A stretch of 64,000 nucleotides of DNA from Chara braunii (Eukaryota > Plantae > Charophyceae). The position numbers and the translations under genes were made by a program. Location of the stretch: the NCBI GenBank assembly GCA_003427395.1, contig BFEA01000038.1, positions 3,812,869-3,876,868 of the forward strand, given 5' to 3'. Under the pieces are notes generated by a model. The model was given only the letters and a program-made list of their open reading frames with translations, was not told the DNA's origin and ran no database searches. This document shows positions 14,001-26,759 of the stretch, piece after piece; positions within the stretch are counted from its first letter, which is position 1, and every line of letters starts with the position of its first letter.

Positions 14001-14340
14001 CCACCCACCTCTTTCCCATAATGGATCAGCCACATAATTACGAGATACACTACTTTATAGTAGAAGATGTATGAACTTCACTTGGGGACAACATATGCAG
14101 AAACATCTCGCCAGCCCTGCTTCGGCCGCCAAATAATCACCTCTTCCTAATGTGACTACGTTGTCCACTATAAGTCCGAGAGGTTCCACTTTTGCACCAC
14201 TTTGTATCGTTCCCTGCCCTGTGGTCCCCTGTAGTCCTTCCCACACTTCCTATCGCCACCAGGATGTTCGCAGACTTGCAGGGTCCCAAAGTTGTTGCAG
14301 GACCTTTTGCTACATCGCGGGGCACCGAGGGTGAGTCCTG
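8022..14340 (-). mobile_element. Decayed L1/Tx1-clade LINE (ORF1 remnants, AP endonuclease, RT, C-terminal region, A-rich tail)
   Basis: EN start MDTLRLATSNANGL...LCLQETK (11806); LVDIFR...FTW...SRI...SDHHMV (11287-10904); LPSGKSPGYNGLP; DFEKTYDRVRW; SAFVDD (9817-9383); ALWITRNE. T-rich tail at 8022-8042. The 5' limit is approximate. Confidence 0.88.
8636..8985. mobile_element. hAT-type MITE, copy 1
   Basis: TIRs CTGCGTAGCAC / GTGCTACGCAT. Perfect 8-bp TSD GTTTGAAT at 8628-8635 and 8986-8993. Subterminal GTTCG/CGAAC arrays and an AT-rich centre. Confidence 0.92.
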
Positions 14341-14352
14341 GTTGAGGATATT

Positions 14353-15230
14353 TCAAGTGAGGGTCTCGACTAAAGAAAGTGTGCGAGGGGGAAAGAGATC
14401 TGGGAAATCAGAAGGGGGTCTTATAGGGAAGAAGGGCTCTAAGTTGGTCCAATCATTTAAGACGGGGCGGTAATCTTTAGGGAGGTCCTGTTCCACTCTG
14501 GTCGGCTGGTCCCCTCTCGGTTGGTCCCCTTCCCAGTGTACCGTGGCCACCCATCCCCCTCGGTCCCCCACAAGCTAGTCCGTGCGAGAGCCCGTGAGAG
14601 CTCGCTTGATATCCCGGACCGTTTGAAATGTATCCAGTTGGTGTTTCAGGTCGTGCCATCTGCGTAGCAATTCCAGTTGAACCTGTTCCTTAATTTGTCT
14701 AATAAGCTCTCTGTGCCCCGCTCTAACGCTTTTGAGGTTGAAAAGGCAGCGCTGCCACCACAGGGTCCAAAGGATTGTTCTTCTGCCGAAGCAGAACCGA
14801 TTTGTCGTGTGGTAGGATGTTGTAGCCATTGTCTGGCAGTGTCTAGTCAGGATCGCTCGCCAGGACCATGGCGAGGGTGTATTCGGCATCATCTTATGCC
14901 ACACCCGGTCCCACCAACGCCACGCCGGTACAACTACCGAACACTACATGAAAGTGTGTTTAATGGTCTCATTCCATTTATGTGAGGGGAAGTTTGTGAG
15001 GCACCTTTGACACCAAGGTACAACTACCCATTTCTGTTCCAGCTGGGTGTGGTAAATTAGGCAAGCGTTTGTGGGTAGGCAGCGGTGGGCAATCTGCCAC
15101 TTGAATGACGTAATTTTAGCCTGATAGGCCTGACCAGAGTCCGGTCCACATTAAGTTGTCTGGCTCACCTGTTGTTTATCTGGTCCCTCAATTCACACTC
15201 AATCACAAAAAAGTTTATACCGCAATGGGT
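14353..15230 (-). mobile_element. LINE ORF2 C-terminal fragment (second L1/Tx1 family)
   Basis: KWQIAHRCLPTN, WCQRC...ETIKH...C, ILWTLWWQRC and NDWTNLEPFFPIRPPSDFPDLFPP; homologous to 43808-44539 and 62361-63400. Confidence 0.88.
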
Positions 15231-15330
15231 AAGTACTTTCACCAAACCCAGGTTGTTTTTCAATAAGATAATTCATTGATCTTCCAGATGATAATTACTT
15301 TTACCCATCCCGCATATGGCATGGCAGTAG

Positions 15331-16075
15331 ACCATTCATCTTAAAAACAATGCCTAGCATGCCTTAGATTATACACGAACAAGTTGCACAACTACTTTTC
15401 TATTCTTTGGGCGTGTGACTCGACCATTCAGCTTAGAAACTTTGTCGAGTCGCTCTGAATTATTTAAATATCCAAACTTTAGTAACTGTCTAACTTGTCT
15501 TCTAAATATGGGCAGGGTACTAAGCCATTCAACTTAGAAACATGCTTAGCTTGCCTCATTTACTTCTAATTAAACTCTTGCCTTTTTTTTTTTTTTTTTG
15601 TGATATGGCTTAAGTTGAACCATTTAGCTTGGAAACATTGTCCAACCATCTGTTCATATGCAAATATTAATAAGGTACTCCGAGTTATACTCACTTGTGC
15701 TTAGTAAGTGGTCTCAGGCTAAACCATTCGGTTTATAAACAATGCTTAGCCTTTACAAAAATCCTCTCTCGGAATAAAACACGAGATTGAACCATTCGGC
15801 TTGGAAACAATTTTTAGTTTATCCCTAGTCACACAAAAGCATGAAGTTGGACCATTCAGTTTGGAAACAATGTCCACCTTTAATCAGAAACCCCGAAAGA
15901 AACAGATAGACCAAGCCATTCAGTTAAAAAACAATGCTTGGTTTCAAAAACCAATCAGGCAAACCCTCATAAATAAACACAACAACCAGACTATTTAACT
16001 TAGAGACAATGCATGATCTCTGAAAAAACAATCAATAAACATAGCATTGGGTCATTCACTTTACAAAACAATGTC
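15331..16075. repeat. Array of 10 degenerate ~22-bp motifs (ACCATTCAGCTTRGAAACAATG) separated by non-repeating spacers
   Basis: Copies start at 15331, 15423, 15524, 15619, 15723, 15791, 15851, 15915, 15990 and 16051. Confidence 0.85.
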
Positions 16076-16197
16076 CAAACTTTGAGACCCGGTCGAGCGC
16101 ATGCAATATTGTCTTCCTCCTACCTGTGTTGCCACTTGTACTCACCCTCGTACGAGTACGAATTCTTACTCTTGTACTCGTACGCTGCCCAACTGTC

Positions 16198-16633
16198 ATT
16201 TCGTCAAAATTGACATTTTTTATTTTTTGAACGAAATTAAAACTGAGTTTTTTGGCCGGAAACTCATCAAAATTTGTTGACTCTACATGGACCTGGCTTG
16301 AGACCAGGTACCTCTAGGCAGTCCTGCCTCGAGGTGCCTGGTCTCAAGCTTGAATGTGTATATTAGACATTTGTTTTTGACTGTACATGGACCTAGTTTG
16401 AAATAAAAGAAATGAAAGTTTTTTGACTGTACATGGACCTAACCTGAGACCATGTACCTTTAGGCAGTCCTGACTCGAGGTGCTTAGTCTCAAGCTAGGT
16501 CCATGTACAGTCAGGGAGTCCAGCATTTGTAAAACGCTAGACCCTCAGGAACAACAAATTTTGATGAGTTTCCGGCCAAAAAACTCAGTTTTAATTTCGT
16601 TCAAAAAGTAAGAAATGTCCATTGTGACGAAAT
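16198..16633. mobile_element. Foldback-like element with 82-bp inverted arms and an internal palindrome
   Basis: 16198-16279 is the near-perfect reverse complement of 16552-16633. Inner hairpin TGACTGTACATGGACCTA...TAGGTCCATGTACAGTCA at 16424-16513. Confidence 0.85.
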
Positions 16634-16854
16634 TGTCGTTACTCGTATGCTAGGGACCCCGTATGAGGGTTTTCTTTTTTTAATTCAATCCGGTATTGTT
16701 TTTATTTTTTTTTCTCAAATTATAATACGAATCAGAAACTGATGCTCAACTAAATGTTGCTCGTTTTGTGTTGTTGCATCACATATTTTATTTTCGGATT
16801 TTTTTGATGACTTTTTTTTTTTTTTTTTTTTTTTCTTATAGGGACGTATATGCA

Positions 16855-16871
16855 CTGTCTCTTATACACAT
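16855..16871 (+). other. Nextera/Tn5 mosaic-end adapter contamination at a gap edge
   Basis: CTGTCTCTTATACACAT immediately before an N run. Confidence 0.95.
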
Positions 16872-18431
16872 NNNNNNNNNNNNNNNNNNNNNNNNNNNNN
16901 NNNNNNNNNNNNNNNNNNNNNNNNNNNNNNNNNNNNNNTTTTTTTTTTTTTTTTTTTTTTTGCTTTTTCGTACAGGGGCGTACAAAGCGTACAGGTTCCC
17001 GTACAGATCCTGTACATATATTACATGTATGTTTCGTACGGAAAGGCCTCGTACGTGTATGTTATGCAATGTAGCCTCTTGCTTTCCCCTAATGCATCCC
17101 CGAGTCTGATTCTAATAACAATAAAAAAACATACTGAACTTCACATATGAATTCCTTCAATTAATCTGATTCAGTTCTGAAAAGAAAACAAAATCATAAG
17201 GAGACACATGCATTTCTCTCAATCAATCTAGAGAGATATAATCGATAGGGGTATGGTGGGTTCACACAAGGCAAAATAAAGTTATACTTCCCTGTTCTCT
17301 GCCTCCCGAACCTCGCCTAGGCTCCGACATAGCTCCTGCAATCGATGGGGCGAACCTCTTACAAAGGCGTTCACACGAATTACGGGTTTCCATCCCACCT
17401 TTTGCCTTCCTCTCTGAACCAATAGATTAGACTGAGAGGAAGAAGGACAAAACGAGAGATATTCAGTCATTCATATACAAGAAAGGTGCACTCAGACTCG
17501 CATGAGAGGACCTTGAACTCTTCTAACGCATGAGGGTCCCACAATGGAACCCAACACAGTGACGACTGTCAAAACTGTGGTCTAAATGAAGTAGAAACTT
17601 CTTAGATAACCAAATAACAATGCGGCAACTCTTCTTTCATGCACCGACCACCATTCAACTTATTGCACGGTGCTCACCTGGCAATACTCTATCTCTGTAA
17701 CTTTAAATGGATGCGGTCGAACAGACCACATCGCTAATTCTCAACAACAATACTCTGTGTAAGACACACCGAAAGTCGACAATCGTCCACTGCAGCAAGG
17801 AGCAGGAAAATTACAACAAAGTACACCGTTGTGTGTTAATAAATTAGTAATAATAAAAATCAATAGTGCTCAGCGAACCACAGCAAACGACAACCAACAA
17901 AAAAAAATCCCAGAATTAACTAATCATTATAGAGTTAAATTACCTTCTACATTTTAAATGTTCATTCCATCTTAAAAAATGTCATTCCACCAATGCTATA
18001 AATTCTATAATAGGCGAAAATTAGGGAAGAGTTGGTCTCCGCGACTACGAGAAGTCGAGGAAAATGACCACCACGATGGGGATGATTACAATGGCCATAA
18101 CAAGCTCCATGATTTTTGGAGGACTTTCGACTGCCCTTTCATTTGACTCTTTCCCCTAAACTCTCACATGCATCTTTATTTCCATCAATCAAGTACTCCG
18201 CTTACATCATGAAGTACTATGCTAAAAACAATTTTATACTATATAAAATGAAAAATAACAACATATTCCAATATACACACCTGGTCCTCTTGACCGGATA
18301 TAGCTTACTGCAATACGTTGTTCAATGTAGGTGCCTCAACACCAGGTATGTGGTCCGCCCGACTCACCGAGTGTATCGAAAAAAACTAAATCTTCTCCTT
18401 GAACCAAGATAAATGTTTTGGTCAGTGGACA

Positions 18432-18446
18432 CCCCTTTTTTCCTCT
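18432..18446 (-). promoter_or_regulatory. Candidate polypurine tract of the minus-strand gypsy element; a putative 3' LTR would start at 18431 and run leftward
   Basis: The minus strand reads AGAGGAAAAAAGGGG|TGTCCAC. No second LTR copy in the window to confirm it. Confidence 0.35.
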
Positions 18447-21400
18447 GTGCTCGTCGCTGCTTCCTACTCACAAACGTACGTGGCCGACCACTCACCTAGA
18501 TTCATTTAATCGTTAGTGGAAAGAGATCCACGTGAGAGATGAGCGATGAAAATGAAACATGATAGGGACAACAAAATCAACGGTTGAGATGAAGGCTGCG
18601 ATCGACATGCGACCGACATGGTCAACAATCCGACCAACAATCAACAACTCGATGAACACTCATAGGATTACATGAGACACTACCTTCATGACAACAATCT
18701 CTATATGTGCAAAATGAGAATGATCCTTACGCTAGATTACGGGAGGATACGTCACAGTACTTTTATTCTCATTTTACTGTTTGTCTTCCCATGCAGTGAG
18801 CGCATGCAGTTGTCCGAGTCGCCCTCACACAATTCAACAGTTTCCTATATGTTTCATTCACACAACTTGTCAATGTGTAAAATGCGAAGGAATCCTTCGC
18901 AAGAACATATGAAGATATACTCCGACGTTAAAATACTTTGAAAAGCAATCGAAACTCTCAAATACAAATGCAGTTATGCGCGCATGTGCTCGAGAGAGAA
19001 ACTTTTGTCAATCATATGAGGAGAAAATTCGGAATGAAATTGTTGGTAGAACATTGAAATATACATTTTTCTCCAACCACGCGCGCTAAGAGACAGAGGG
19101 AAGCTTCTTCCATCGATAGGATAAACAAAATCAGAATAAATCTTTCACTAAAATCGGGCAGGTTCACCACCAACCCCCGCTGCGTCCTCACCTATGCAAA
19201 ACGCAACCCCAAACTCCCATTTCGTTAAAACTAACGGTTAGCACCTCCATCCAACTTCACCATCAGACGCGTCCACTGTCAGTAACATAGATTTGACTAT
19301 TCCCTTAACGAGAACAAAAAGGACCGGCTACGAATTGAAAGTGACCATCGCCTCTTTACACTAACACTCTTAGTGACCCTTATAGCATGACTCCTTTCTT
19401 TCTCATGATTTCGTTCTGTGTCACCTTCCTCATCGCTCTTCTCCCCATTCCCTTCACGCCTTTCCTCGTCTTTGTTCCCTGCCTTCCTTCTTCGATTTTC
19501 CTCGATCTTCTTCATGTACCTCACCTTCGTAACATGGTCGACAACACCCACACGACCACTCGATAAAGCAGCTCACCAGTCTCGGCTCTCATGTGAAAGC
19601 TTCGAAGAAAGACCGTGGTTGATCGGTTTACTTCACCTTTCACCCTTTTGCGCGGATCATTCGGGAAATGATCCACGCGCCAATATTGCAGTGAGTCCCT
19701 ACCAAGATTTCCTCTGGCGTCGCCCTGCTCAAGCATAGTTCATCGTTTTCGTGTCCCACCTGAATGCTCTCACCCAAAGTTTTCTCACAACATATTGTGG
19801 GTTGGCTGACGGTGCCTGTATAGAGGCCTACGCCAATCAGGCTTCTGATGCCTCTTAGGCTAAGCACCCGTGCACGTTGGCCCTTCGATTTGTGTTTCAA
19901 GATGGGCATGGTCGAAGAATTTTGCCAGCATCCCAAACACGCAAGAACCCGAACGGGCCTGCCAAAAAAAAGTTTTGTGCCGACCTTGAGATACCAACTT
20001 CGAGTTGACCGTCCCCATGCGGTTTAGAGTGGTTCATTTTTCCTTATTTGGATGTATTTAGATTCTAATATGGGTCTGTATTTCAATAGCTCAAGGATAT
20101 ACCAACTGAGCTAGGTCATTTGGTCTCCGATCCAGCCTCTATACTAGCATCGGGGTTGGTGCTGGTCCTGACAGAAAACAAGACATAAGTAATAATAAAA
20201 TACAAATACATAATCCACCTGCACCCTCGTGCTCCCGCTTGTTGGACCTGCGGCACAACCAAGTAGTAAGACCAAGGGGGATAGCCACGTCAACCCCTGG
20301 CCTCTTCACGCTGTTCCAATACTACTGCGCGGACGCCCGTTGACCTCGAACCCTGAATCTTCCGGGTGACAGTTCGGCACAGTAACCCATACCGTTAGAT
20401 CCAAGGCTGAGTCTAGCACTAGCGGAAACCCATATAAATGGGTATCACTACGTATGTGGGTCTGCTAAACTACACAAGGTCACTCTTTCGGCCTAGTGCC
20501 TAAACTTACGACCTTCAAACCCCGCGCCTAGCATGTGGCGACCCCGCCCATGGTCTATTCCCACGCACACTCCATTTACCGCCCAAAGGCCACACCGTCG
20601 TCGATGTCGTTTTCCGTATGAGCGCACATAGACCACGGTCATACGTATCGGTCAATGAAAATGCCACTTAGTCCTATTAAAATCGAAACAAAAAAAGTTG
20701 GTCACCAAAATGCAAGCTCTAAGAGTCTATGACATCAATAACAAACATCACATGCACCTCAAAACCTCGCGCCCACACACTCTCTATTTTTAATCAACCA
20801 CTCAATTAGAGTAAACGGAATACAGCCGCGTCCCGTTTGGTGTACTCAAGTTTTCTCACTGCAACTTATTTTTTTGTCACTTGCAAAAACCAGGTCGGAA
20901 ACCCTTGTAAAGGTATTCTTAACGACAACGTACCGGACCATACTAAGTGACGTCCCCATCGCTCTAGTGAATCAAAAGGTTATCAATTCAGAGTTCAAAT
21001 GTCGACGAGAGAAGATCCAATCCGATTAGTCGACTGACTCCAGTTTGAGGGTTCTATCTATAAATGTATGGCACAACTATTTTGTTGCCACTGTTTCAAC
21101 CTAGGTCTCCCTCGTCCTGACCTCGAACTCCAGGATACTTGATCTGTACTACAACAAGGAGTTTGTCCGGTTATAAAATCTTGATAGTCCTCTCTGTTCA
21201 TCCTAGAGAGTTGTCGGCTCATTGTTGTGTGTCCTGCTTAGTCATCGTCGCGCGTATGAGATTATAACTTAGGACGCGGATCTTTACTAAGACCTTTATA
21301 AGACACTCTCGTCTTTTTCACAAAATATTCACAAAAATATAAATTTTTATCAGAGATTTTCCTACGGTCTAGTACAGGAAGGTCAGGTCTCCATCTTGGC

Positions 21401-21950
21401 CCACCATAGTTTACTTGATCGAACCAGATATACGGTCCATCGCGTTGTTATTTTAATGACCGTACCTTCGTTGGTTGTGCAACGATAGGTCATATTTCTT
21501 GATAAACTTCTATCAGGACTCAAATAAATAACAGACTTGCCTCTTATCCCTCCGGCATCCCGCGAGAATAAAATTATCTGAGGCGGTCATACCCCTCAAG
21601 CCTTACCCTTTGGTGATACGTTGGCCCGCTGCCAAATTGCGTCGGCCAGCATCCAACACTAAGGGTTGCACCCTAGTGATGCTAAAAAACTACTCTTAAG
21701 ATTAAAATCATAGTGACTAAACGGTGTATCACAATAAACTCAGGCTTATTGGGACTACGCAGAGGTCTATTTAACTTAAGGCATCTACCAGTTCCCTTTG
21801 AGACAGTATAGAGGGTACGTCTCTCGAAAATTTTCACCACATTTGCAACATTCCAAAGTTTCACCAATAAATAATTATTATCTCGTTGGTCTTTCTCGCC
21901 CAACTTTATCATTCAAACTGCTTTCGATGCATTTAAATTTGTTGGTCTCT

Positions 21951-23382
21951 TCCACTTGAAGGGGGGCCAACAATAGAATCATTTAAGTCATCCTCCCTCT
22001 TCAGAATGAGTTGCCTATAAAATCATTTACACTATCCTCCCACTTGAAGGTTAGTCCAAAGAAACATTAACCACCTTCCCACTTGAACGGTTGTCAACCA
22101 TGAAACCATTTATCACTCAGAGACCAACTTGTCGGACCTCATTACGAAACAACTCAACCATAAACATTCAGGAGGGACAAGCCTTTGAGTCTCAAAAGAC
22201 TCGTACATCCCTTAGGAATCTCACAACATTCCAGGAATAAACCGCACTTCCCCCTCTTATACTTGAGCCAATCGTCTGTCTGTACGACAGACTGTGCAAG
22301 TATACAGAAAAGTAGGCAGTTTACACATCAAATTTCATGCTCACAAAACACACAAGATGCATCATGTGCATCTCTCACACAAAAATCATTATACACTGGG
22401 ATAAGTTCACACATATGAGAGTGATTGTTATTGCCATACACAGAAAGACACTCTTACAGATATCAAGACACACTAAATAATTGGGATATGTCAACTTCAA
22501 AAATATATAGCCAAAGATAAATCTCATTCCGCACATGCTCCAAAGCGGAAGAACTCATCTCAGAGTCAAGAAAAAATAGTTATACGGTCACTAAATGTAC
22601 AATCGAACTCTATGTCATAGAAATATCGCACAAAAAGGTCTCAACCCAACTACCAAAAAACCTCCTTCCACTTGAATGGGAGTCAACCATAAAATCATTT
22701 AAGTCATCCTCCCTCTTGAGAATGAGTTACCTATAAAATCATTTACGCCATCCTCCCACTTGAAGGTGAGTTCAAAGAAACATTAACCACCTTCCCACTT
22801 GAACGGGCGTCAACCATGAAACCATTCATCACTCAGAGATCAACTTGTGGGTCTCATCACGACAGAACTCAACCATAAACATTCAGGAGGGACAAACATT
22901 TGAGTCTCAAAAGACTCGTAGATCCCTTAAGAATCTCACAATATTTCCGGAATAAACCGCACTTCGCTCTCTTATACTTGAGCCTTTTGTCTGTCTGTAC
23001 GACAGACTGTGCAAGTATACAGAAGAGTAGACAATTTACACATTAAATTTCATGCCCATAAAACACACAAGATGCATCATGTGCAATCTCTCACAAAAAA
23101 ATCATTATACACTGGGATAAGTTCACACATGTGAGAGTGATTGTTATTGCCATACACAGAAAGATAATCTTACAGATATCAAAACACACTAAATAGTTTG
23201 GATATGTCAACTTCAAAAGTATATAGCCAAAGATAAATCTCAATCCGCACACGCTCCGAAGCGGAAGAACTCATCTCAGAGTAAAAAAAAATTAGTTATA
23301 CAGTCACCAAATGTACAATCGAACTCTATGTCACATGAATATCGCACAAAAAGATCTCAACCCAAGTACAAAAAAGGACCTC
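21951..23382. repeat. Tandem duplication, 2 x ~716 bp; each unit opens with ~60-bp sub-repeats (CCTCCCACTTGAA)
   Basis: 21951-22666 is colinear with 22667-23382, with scattered substitutions. Confidence 0.93.
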
Positions 23383-23587
23383 AGATGGTAGTTCCCATCT
23401 GCACCTCAAAACTACACTAACTCACAACCATCACACACTAACGATAGTCCAAATCATAAAACGTCCCTAACTCAAGTATACACATTGTCAACTCTCTCTC
23501 TATGCATGTGCATGTACACCCACTGATTTATTAGGGTTATGTCCAAATTGAGAGTACCCTCTCTAAATAAGCATATGCAAAAAATCC

Positions 23588-26474
23588 TCACTCGTTTATC
23601 CACTCCTGATTTTGCCTATACAACTGAGCTCTACCTGCATCCTGTGACCTCGCCACCAAGTTATGAACCCTATCATACATCTTACCTGCCTCGTCATTGG
23701 TGACTTTCTTTGTTGACTTATCCTTGAGAAACTTAGGACATTCAAGGGTCCAATGCCTTATTCTCTTGCAGAAGAAGCACAGTTGATCAACCTTCGTTCT
23801 AAACCTTTTCTTCTTCATGAGCGTGGTGGATGGCGCGGGGCGCTCGACTGCCTCACTAGTGGTCTCCTGCTGCTCAGGTCCAGAAATCGGTCCCCCGAAA
23901 CCAGATCTCGTGGCCCAAGAACCTAATCTACCTCTCTGCTTACCAATCTTAATTATGTATTCAGGGGTATCTAATCCCTGAGGTCTCTCCTCTGGTATAT
24001 CCTGTTCCACGACAGCCACCGATTCATTTAGACGAGATTTTTCCTCCCTGTTTCCCTCTCCACTGTCATGACATACAGATAGTTCCTCCAAACTGTGTGT
24101 GTCACTCTGTATATCCAATAAAATCTCTAAAGATTCCTCAGTGGACTCACGCATGACCTCCTCAACTGGCAAAGGTTCATGCCTGCGTAGCACGGCGAAC
24201 GTGTTCGCACCCCTTCACGTTCGCACGAACGTGTTCGCGCGTTCGCGCGAACAGGTCGTGAACATGTTCGGGCGAACGTAATTTTTTTCGTAAAAAAAAA
24301 AAATAAATAAATTAATTAAATTCAGTTTTTGATTTTTAACTCATGATTGGCTACGAATTTGAACATAACTCCAAGGTAAACGTCGCTTGTATTGTTGTTT
24401 TACATAATATATATATTTTTCAGATTTTTTGGAGAACTTTTTTTTTTTTTTTTTTTAAATTTTTATGTTCGCGTTCGGAGGATTTGGGGCGCTTGTTCGC
24501 GTTCGGGCGAACATGTTCGCGTTCGCCTCCGAACGCGAACACGGTGCTACATAGGTCCAGGCACCTAAGCAGGCTTCACTGTGATGACCTCTTGAGATGG
24601 GCGGATCCCCTGCTGAGATGCTAACTCCGTGGGTGCCCTGAATTCAAAGCTCCTATCCTCGGCCTTTTTCTTTACCTCAACCTCGACAAAATTCATTATC
24701 ACTCTCCCCATCTCTTGTTGCTGAGTAGGCTCCACAACATCTCTCTGCCCAAATATACCTTGTACAACCTCACCCTCGATGTCATACCGAGTCTTCTTTG
24801 TCCAGTCAACCACCTTGGTGGCCGACAATCACTCCACCATTAGAGATATACTCCGAGCTTTCCTTACCAATCAGGCACTCTAGCCCGGTTGATGCCTCTA
24901 GTGCCTTAACACGCAACCTCCACGCTTCATTTTATGCCTTCTCCGCAGCGAGTTGGCCAGCCAAACTCTCCACCTCCTGTCTCATGGCTGCGAATTTAGA
25001 ACCTAGCAGCGTGTATCGATGAAAGTAAGTGGTTTCCCCTGTCGAGTCCTCCTATCTGCCCACTAAACTGCCCATCTCGTGGCAGTGACCCATGCATCCA
25101 TAGCCTCCTACATCATCCACCTTCTCGTCCCTCTGCCCTGGCTAATGTCCGCTCTAACGAGCTGCATCCCTCCTGCTCTCAATCCAAACCCACATATCAC
25201 TAATCCTCTGCTCGCTCGTCTTGGGGTCTGTTGGCGGCTCTGGAGGTATCCCTATGGCCTCCATCCCCTCTCTACTCTATGACAACTCGTCGAACTTGAT
25301 GAGTCGCGTCCGCATTCTGGGTTGTCTCTCCTCTGGAGTCTCACTCACAGGCCTCCTTTGCGCTACCTGTCCTAGGGTCCCACCCTGAATCGACCTCTCG
25401 ATGTGTGGCTCAGACCGTAATGCCTCTATGATAGTCACCTGGTCATGCACATCAGTCGCAAGGTGCTCATCAATCACCCTACTGGCCTCCACTCTCCAAG
25501 TCTCCTCGCTCCCTCGTGGTGGACTCTGTGCAGCAACCTCCTGGGCTGGGGTGGGACAACTCTCTAAAAGACGGCCACTGCGATGGCTCTAGATGAGCCT
25601 CTAACCTTCCAAAAGTTGTAGTCGGCTGCTCCTCCTCCTGCATTCCCAAATCCAACCCTCGGTGGTCATCTATCGTTTCGTCATGGGGTTCGACTCAGGT
25701 ACGTGGACAACCTTTGCGCAGGGCTCCGTATGTGCGCCCGTATGTCGTCCCACTCACAGACCCCGCGCTTTAGGCTCGAGCCTCCAACGAAACGTTGAAA
25801 GAGAGTGGGTCTCAGCCCACACTCAGGGTACTACTCTGCCTCTATACTACGCGCTGGCGAAGGTCCCTCATCTCTTCTTGCAACTGCTCTCTCTCTTCTT
25901 TATGCACATGGCCATCTAACCTCCTCTCATCTCCATGTGGCCTATCACTTCTCTTGCGCCTTTCCACTCTGGTCAGCGAGAGGCGTGGGGTAGGGCGTCA
26001 AAAATCGCTTCTCAAATGAGCCCTGCACTCCTCCCTCTCTCGAGCCCTATCTCGAATCTGCCTCACCAGTGGCTTCTCTACTCTCTTGGTCCACAAGGTC
26101 ATTGTCTACAACCACTCCTCCTGCCGAACACCCTGATCTCTCACGAACTGCTAAAATGTGGGGAGAAACTCTTCCACATTGTTAGTAATTAGTCGTATTG
26201 GTAGCCCTTCGGGTCCCTGAGGAGATAGTCTTAGAGCTTTCATCTTTATCTCTACCTCGTGCCATGTCTGGACCTCTCTCTCGATCTGCGCAATAGGCTC
26301 CTCGAAATGACCAACTCCCCTCAGTCTCCGTATCATCTCAGTGACTGTCCATCCCATGGCGGCAGCATGACTCGAGAAGTCATCCAAAAAGAGCTCAATA
26401 TCCCCATCATCATCAACTGAAGTATGTTTTTGTCTGAAAGTACCTTGCTGCCCCCCGCCTCCCGTGGCCCCCAA
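23588..26474 (-). pseudogene. Gag-like ORF remnants ending in a CCHC zinc knuckle, interrupted by a MITE
   Basis: DIELFLDDFSSHAAAMGWT...MIRRL (26474-26151) resembles a retrotransposon capsid N-terminus. CFFCKRIRHWTLEC (C-x2-C-x4-H-x4-C) lies in ORF 24193-23588. Confidence 0.65.
24183..24554. mobile_element. hAT-type MITE, copy 2 (opposite orientation to 8636-8985)
   Basis: TIRs CTGCGTAGCAC / GTGCTACATAG. Flanks GTTCATGC and GTCCAGGC match at 6 of 8 positions. Colinear with the reverse complement of copy 1. Confidence 0.9.
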
Positions 26475-26759
26475 TGGGGCTCCCTATGGCGGCCTCTCCC
26501 TCCCTCCCTTGCACAACAGGTGAGGGAGACGACAAACACACAAGAGGGTAAGCAAACAATTAAGGCAGATAAGGTCAATCAACATACATCCTATCACATT
26601 TCAATCATATTATCTATCCTTTCAATTTTATCTCGGGTTGTAATATTAATCACTACCCATATACGATTTCTATACTTCAAAACTCCTTCTAATATCACTC
26701 CAAAAACTCTTTGATCAAAGAAAAAATTTAGGTTTATCTCACCCCTCACGTGCCACAAA

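Larger units (their letters stand above)
16124..17074. mobile_element. hAT-type MITE of the CGTAC-rich family; contains a foldback insertion and a gap
   Basis: Degenerate TIRs CTGTGTTGC / GCAATGTAG. Flanks CCTCCTAC and CCTCTTGC match at 6 of 8 positions. The segment 16965-17074 is homologous to 7245-7342. Confidence 0.6.

Noticed and set aside
15331-16075. CRISPR array
   Set aside because: Degenerate repeats, irregular 38-82 bp spacers, no cas genes or leader, and a eukaryotic transposon context.
20325-20395. tRNA-like GGGTTCGAG on the minus strand
   Set aside because: No cloverleaf or A-box could be built.
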